64,000 nucleotides of DNA from the NCBI RefSeq assembly GCF_009914755.1, contig NC_060931.1; one strand, given 5' to 3'. The DNA is from the human T2T-CHM13v2.0 reference genome, Homo sapiens. The translations under genes were made by a program, and so were the position numbers. Positions 58,716 to 64,000 of this stretch are shown here, one piece after another (within the stretch, counting starts at the first letter, position 1; each line of letters starts with the position of its first letter). Below the pieces are notes generated by a model, which worked only from the letters and a program-made list of their open reading frames with translations, was not told where the DNA came from and ran no database searches.

Positions 58716-60945
58716 GAGTGGAGTAAAATGGGATAACAATCAGCAAGATTTTTTAAAAATTTCTAAAGACAGTAGTCTAGTTCATCTGGCGATGTTCACA
58801 CTGCATTAAGTATCATTTTTAGACTGAATAAATAATCAATATGGAGATGATAGTTTAATAGATGATATTAAAGGGAACCCTCATAGTCAAAACAATTGAA
58901 AACTACTGGTCTAAATTATGAGTGTCTCTGTTGCACCCTCTTATATCAGGAAATATTTTTTCACCAGAGTTTCAGGATATTGTGGCCATCTGTCCAACTG
59001 TATAGACAGTGATCTTTAGTGAAAGTGTGGTTTGACATATTTACCATTTCATATTAAGCTCATTATTTAAAGAAATAATGACACCATCTCTGCAGGGGAA
59101 GAGAAACTTAGCATATAAATATAGGGTTTCAAAACACAGCCCTTGGAGCTAAGGACTGAGATTATATTTTGTCTGTAGACATGGACTGATTCCAGAAAAT
59201 GACTTTATGCCTTTATTTTATTCCCCAACAGTATAACCTTTTATCTTTAAATATTTCTTTTTACCCATACACATATAACAGATGTGTTACATGAGTTGGA
59301 CTTACTGGAGTACCACCAGATGCTTTCTTCTCTCCCAGCCCACCTCTGCAAACCTGCACTGTCCACTTATTCTCTTTGCTCATAGATGAAATCCCAGGCA
59401 AGTCCTATAGATTTTTTTTCTCCTCAGTTATTTCTTTTCTTTTCTTTTGAAACAGGGTCTGGCTCTGTTGCCCAGTCTGTAGTGCAGTGGTGCGATCTCG
59501 GCTCACTGCAACCTCTGCTTCCCAGGCTCAAATCATCCTCCTCCTCAGCCTCTCGAGAAGCTGGGACTACAGGTGCATGCCACCACGCCCGGATAGTTTT
59601 TGTATTTTTGGTAGAGATGGGGTTTCACCATGTTGCCCAGGCTGGTTTTGAACTCCTGGGCTGAAGTGATCTTCCTGCATCGGCCTCCCAAAGTGTTGGG
59701 ATTATAGACGTGAGCCACCATGCCTGGCAGTTATTTCGTTTAAAGTATTAAAATGTTCAGTCCAGTCTAATATCAAAACCTCAGACTCTTGTCCAGTTTA
59801 TGACGTCTCCTTTTCCCCAACTTCAGGCTACTTTCTTGGGAATGTGAAGAGGATGTGTGTGTGTTTGTATTACAGGTGCACATATGTTGCATGTGTGTGT
59901 GTTTGTATTATGTATGCACATGCATGCATGTGTCTGCATGTCTATGTGTTTCGGAAGAGCCTAGTCAGTTTCTTCATTATCCATCTTTTCCTATTGTTAG
60001 CTGCTATTTGTGGTTTTTTTCAGAATCAGGCCCTCCCAGGGAAGGGAAGCAAGTTAAAGGGTGCAATAAGGGTATGACTTGACTGGTGTAGTTGTAACCT
60101 GCAGTGGAGCCTTCTGTGTGCCTGAAGTTCTGTAGGTGGCTCTCTTTATGGGGAGTTTTGTAGTCTCCTCAGAGACCTCAGATTGTAGTTCTCCCACTTC
60201 AGTCCCTGTTTTTTGTGGTTGTCTATACACAGAGTCTATCTGTTATGATCACCTTGTCCTATAGGCAGCCCTCATGGGTAGAATTCCTTTTCAGATAAAC
60301 TCCTTCTGCTTTCCTCATGGTGAACTTGGCCCATGGGGAAAAATCCTCCCTCCTCCTTGGCCATTGGCAGGTGTACAGTTTATTCCGAACTCTTAGCTCT
60401 GTTGCTTTTAGCCGATGTAGCCATAACCCCTTGCCTTTGGTATTCTTTCAGACACATGCCACAGGTGCTTAGGTAATTCCAAATTCCCAGAATTCCCAAA
60501 TTCCCTTAGCTTGTATCAAGGTCTCTGACGCTTTTTTGGAAGTCTCTCTTGTGTGGCTTAAGTTAAGGGGAAAACAGCTTGCTCCTCTCTTATGACAGAA
60601 TGAGATGCCTAGCATACAATAACAACTCTTTCCAAGGAAATTCAGCTGAAGGTTTTATTTAGCTTTTCACCTTTTCTCACATATCCTCAAATGGATGATA
60701 AGCTAATGGCAGCAAAACTGGTTTCATAATCTTTTAGTGTTATCTGTGCTAGTGTTCTGGCACTAGGACATTTTTTGGGGGTTTGAAGCCTCAGATGAAA
60801 CTGAGAGAAGGAGTCTCTTTGCAACATTCTTTAAAGCAAATTTTGCTGAAGAAATATGTTTTTCAGGTAGTAAGGATTAACATTAAGTCGAGTGAACATG
60901 AGATAGCTGTCTTCAAAGTTTCTAACTATGGAAATAGAATATTTA

Positions 60946-61267
<322 letters not shown>

Positions 61268-61482
61268 TTAATAAGATAAACATATTTTGGCTAATGTTGT
61301 AGATTTTCAACTATTTAAACCCAAGTGAAAAGGTTAACTTTTTCTGTATATATAATTTAAAAATATATTTTCCTGCTATAAAAAATCAATTGAAAGGTGA
61401 TATTGAATTGTTACTGGGTATAAGAAACATTATGACAGTTTTCCTTGTGAATTTTTTTTTTTTGAGACAAAGTCTCACTTAG

Positions 61483-61617
<135 letters not shown>

Positions 61618-61709
61618 TGATTTTTTTGGTAGAGATGTGGTCTCACTATGTTGCCCAGACTAGTCTCAAACTCCTGGCCTCAAGTGATCCTCCTGCCTTG
61701 GTCCCCTGA

Positions 61710-61964
<255 letters not shown>

Positions 61965-62412
61965 TAGCCAGGATGGTCTCGATCTCCTGGCCTCGTGATC
62001 TGCCCGCCTCGGCCTCCCAAAGTGCTGGGATTACAGGCGTGAGCCACTGCATCCGGCCTGGGAATTCTTTATGAAACTGTGGGATTAAGAAAATCTTGGA
62101 GCCAGGCACATTAACTCATGCCTGTAATACCAGCACTTTGGGAGGCCAAGACAAGAGGATTGCGTGAGGGTCAGTAGTTTGAGACCAGCCGGCGTGACAT
62201 AGTGAGACCTCGTCTCTAGAAAAAATTTGAAAAAAAAAAAATTAGCCAGGCATGATGACACAAGCCTGTAGTTCCAGCTACTCAGGAGGTGGAGGTGGGA
62301 GGATCATTTGAGCCCAGGAGTTTGAGGCTGCAGTGAGCTCTGATTGCTGCAGTGAGCTCTGATTGCACCACTGCACTCCAACCTGGGTGACAGAGTGAGA
62401 ACTTGTCTCTTA

Positions 62413-63090
<678 letters not shown>

Positions 63091-64000
63091 TCATCTCAAA
63101 AAAAAAAAAAAAAAAAAAAGAAAAGTGACAAAATTGTTCATCTTAGAAGAGCTCTGCTGGGTGTAATTAGGGATATGCAAGTACCCTCTCATGACACAGC
63201 TTTGTACATAAATGTATGTGGTCTACTTCAATTCCCAGATATTTTTATTTTTCTGATACTATTGATTTAAAAAAGAGAAACCCAAAACTTTAACAGGAGA
63301 TTGAGCTGTTTTTCTACATATTCTAAAATTCCAGAAGCAAAGAGATCGCCTGGGCCTAGAAATACAGTATAAATTTAGTATAGATCATTACCCACTAAGA
63401 ATCAGTTGATTTCATCTTTGGTCTCTAATTTCTGATATATGGTTAGAATAGTTTCCAATTTAAAGAATCTCTTGGAGACTAGGGACCAGTAAAAGGAAAA
63501 AGATGACAATACTAGTTAATGTCACAGCAGTAGTTATTTCAAAACTTTCACAAATTGAATGTTTTATAGATCGTGCCAGATAAACATGCCAGGACTTAGC
63601 CACCATCCAAAAACCCTGTCATCAAAACTGAATTGTTTCCCCTTATGGTAATAGGCCTGGGAAATAAATCCATAAATTTAAAGAAGCAATGTTAGATAAG
63701 AAAAAAATTTTATACTTAAAAGGATAAAAACATACATGTCAGATAGTGTTTAGATAGCATTCATCTCGCTAATTATTTTTTCCATTCTTTGCATGTTTCT
63801 TCAAGCTAGCATTAGTGCAATACCACAACTTTCAGCCTTTTATTTGAACCTCAGTATATTTAATCACAAAGGTTAAAAGTATGTGGAGTAGGTAATAGTT
63901 TGAACCTGGAAAGATCAGGGATTTTGATGGAATACCAGATTGTGGAATCAGTGAAATCCAACTTGTAAAGAATATATTATGCACAAAGGTTTTTCAAGTG

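Noticed and set aside
59853-59950. TG/CA alternating tract as a Z-DNA regulatory element
   Set aside because: Degenerate, interrupted simple repeat with no supporting context.

Overview
Primate (human-like) genomic DNA, very Alu-dense, covering most of intron 1 to part of intron 6 of SUGCT (C7orf10, succinyl-CoA:glutarate CoA-transferase, class III CoA-transferase) on the + strand. Five coding exons (2-6) splice in frame with GT-AG boundaries. Intron 1 holds an antisense LTR10/HERV-IP10 provirus lacking gag and most of pol, with a nested MER9 solo LTR. It also holds two LTR8-family solo LTRs, a full-CDS THUMPD3 processed pseudogene and an internally deleted antisense HERV-W provirus with both LTRs and a 4-bp TSD. 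The main unexplained signal is a chain of minus-strand exon-like segments at ~18.5-23 kb with canonical splice sites, compatible phases and decayed reading frames. Two of them are interrupted by Alus, which suggests a dead multi-exon gene nested antisense in SUGCT intron 1. Gene and repeat family names come from recognising sequence by eye, not from database searches.
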